Source: Chiloscyllium plagiosum
Lineage: Eukaryota
Length of the DNA: 32,744 nucleotides
NCBI RefSeq assembly: GCF_004010195.1
Contig: NC_057718.1
Span: forward strand, 18,831,775-18,864,518
Direction of reading: 5' to 3'
Made by a program: the position numbers and the translations under genes. The notes under the pieces are model-generated. The model saw nothing but the letters and a program-made list of their open reading frames with translations, searched no databases and was not told the DNA's origin. Shown piece by piece: positions 32,440-32,744 of the stretch (position 1 is the stretch's first letter; every line of letters starts with the position of its first letter).

Positions 32440-32744
32440 GGGTAGAAAGTGAGGACTGCAGATGCTGGAGATCAGAACTGAAAATGTGTTGCTGGAAAAG
32501 CGCAGCAGGTCAGACAGCATCCAAGGAGCAGAGATGGAAATGTGTTGCTGGAGAAGCGCAGCAGGTCAGGCAGCATCTAGGGAACAGGAGAATCGACGTT
32601 CCGGGCATTAGCCCTTCTTCAGGAATGAGAAAAGTGTGTCCAGCAGGCTAAGATAAAAGATAGGGAGGAGGGACTTGGGGGAGGGGCATTGGGAATGCGA
32701 TAGGTGGAAGGAGGTCAAGGTGAGGGTGATAGGCCGGAGTGGGG
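32440..32744 (-). mobile_element. Penelope-like element terminus (continues right of the window)
   Basis: AGAAAGTGAGGACTGCAGATGCTGGAG terminus, duplicated 50-bp block, hammerhead-like CTGAAGA-A-GGGC-TAAT-GCCC-GGAA-CGTC at 32622-32595; related to 13984-14075. Confidence 0.85.

Noticed and set aside
1..32744. CRISPR array, rRNA or prokaryotic operon
   Set aside because: No regularly spaced repeat-spacer array, rRNA-like sequence or dense coding; the content is typical vertebrate repeat DNA.

Overview
Vertebrate, most likely elasmobranch (shark), intergenic or intronic DNA. The assignment is inferred from an HE1/V-SINE, CR1 LINEs with short tandem tails and Deu-domain SINEs. Most recognisable sequence is decayed transposable elements: many CR1 and L2 LINE fragments, at least four SINE types, Penelope-like elements (PLEs), a truncated Ty3/Gypsy LTR element and PIF/Harbinger remnants, including a broken Myb/SANT exon. 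One probable tRNA-Ile(AAT) gene (24945-25018) starts 7 bp after a 689-N assembly gap. No host protein-coding gene can be supported, and nearly all ORFs in the track are TE fragments, their antisense shadows or chance ORFs. The most interesting signal is a set of minimal hammerhead-ribozyme motifs in PLE termini from several PLE families. Two sit in ORF-less fold-back mini-insertions flanked by target-site-like duplications (13984-14146, 28706-28917). A third fold-back is older (22384-22575), and there is a 27-bp PLE-terminus micro-insertion (16004-16030). PLE hammerheads are a known class, so I see no strong evidence for a wholly new system. Family names come from pattern recognition, not database searches, and the boundaries of old repeats are approximate.
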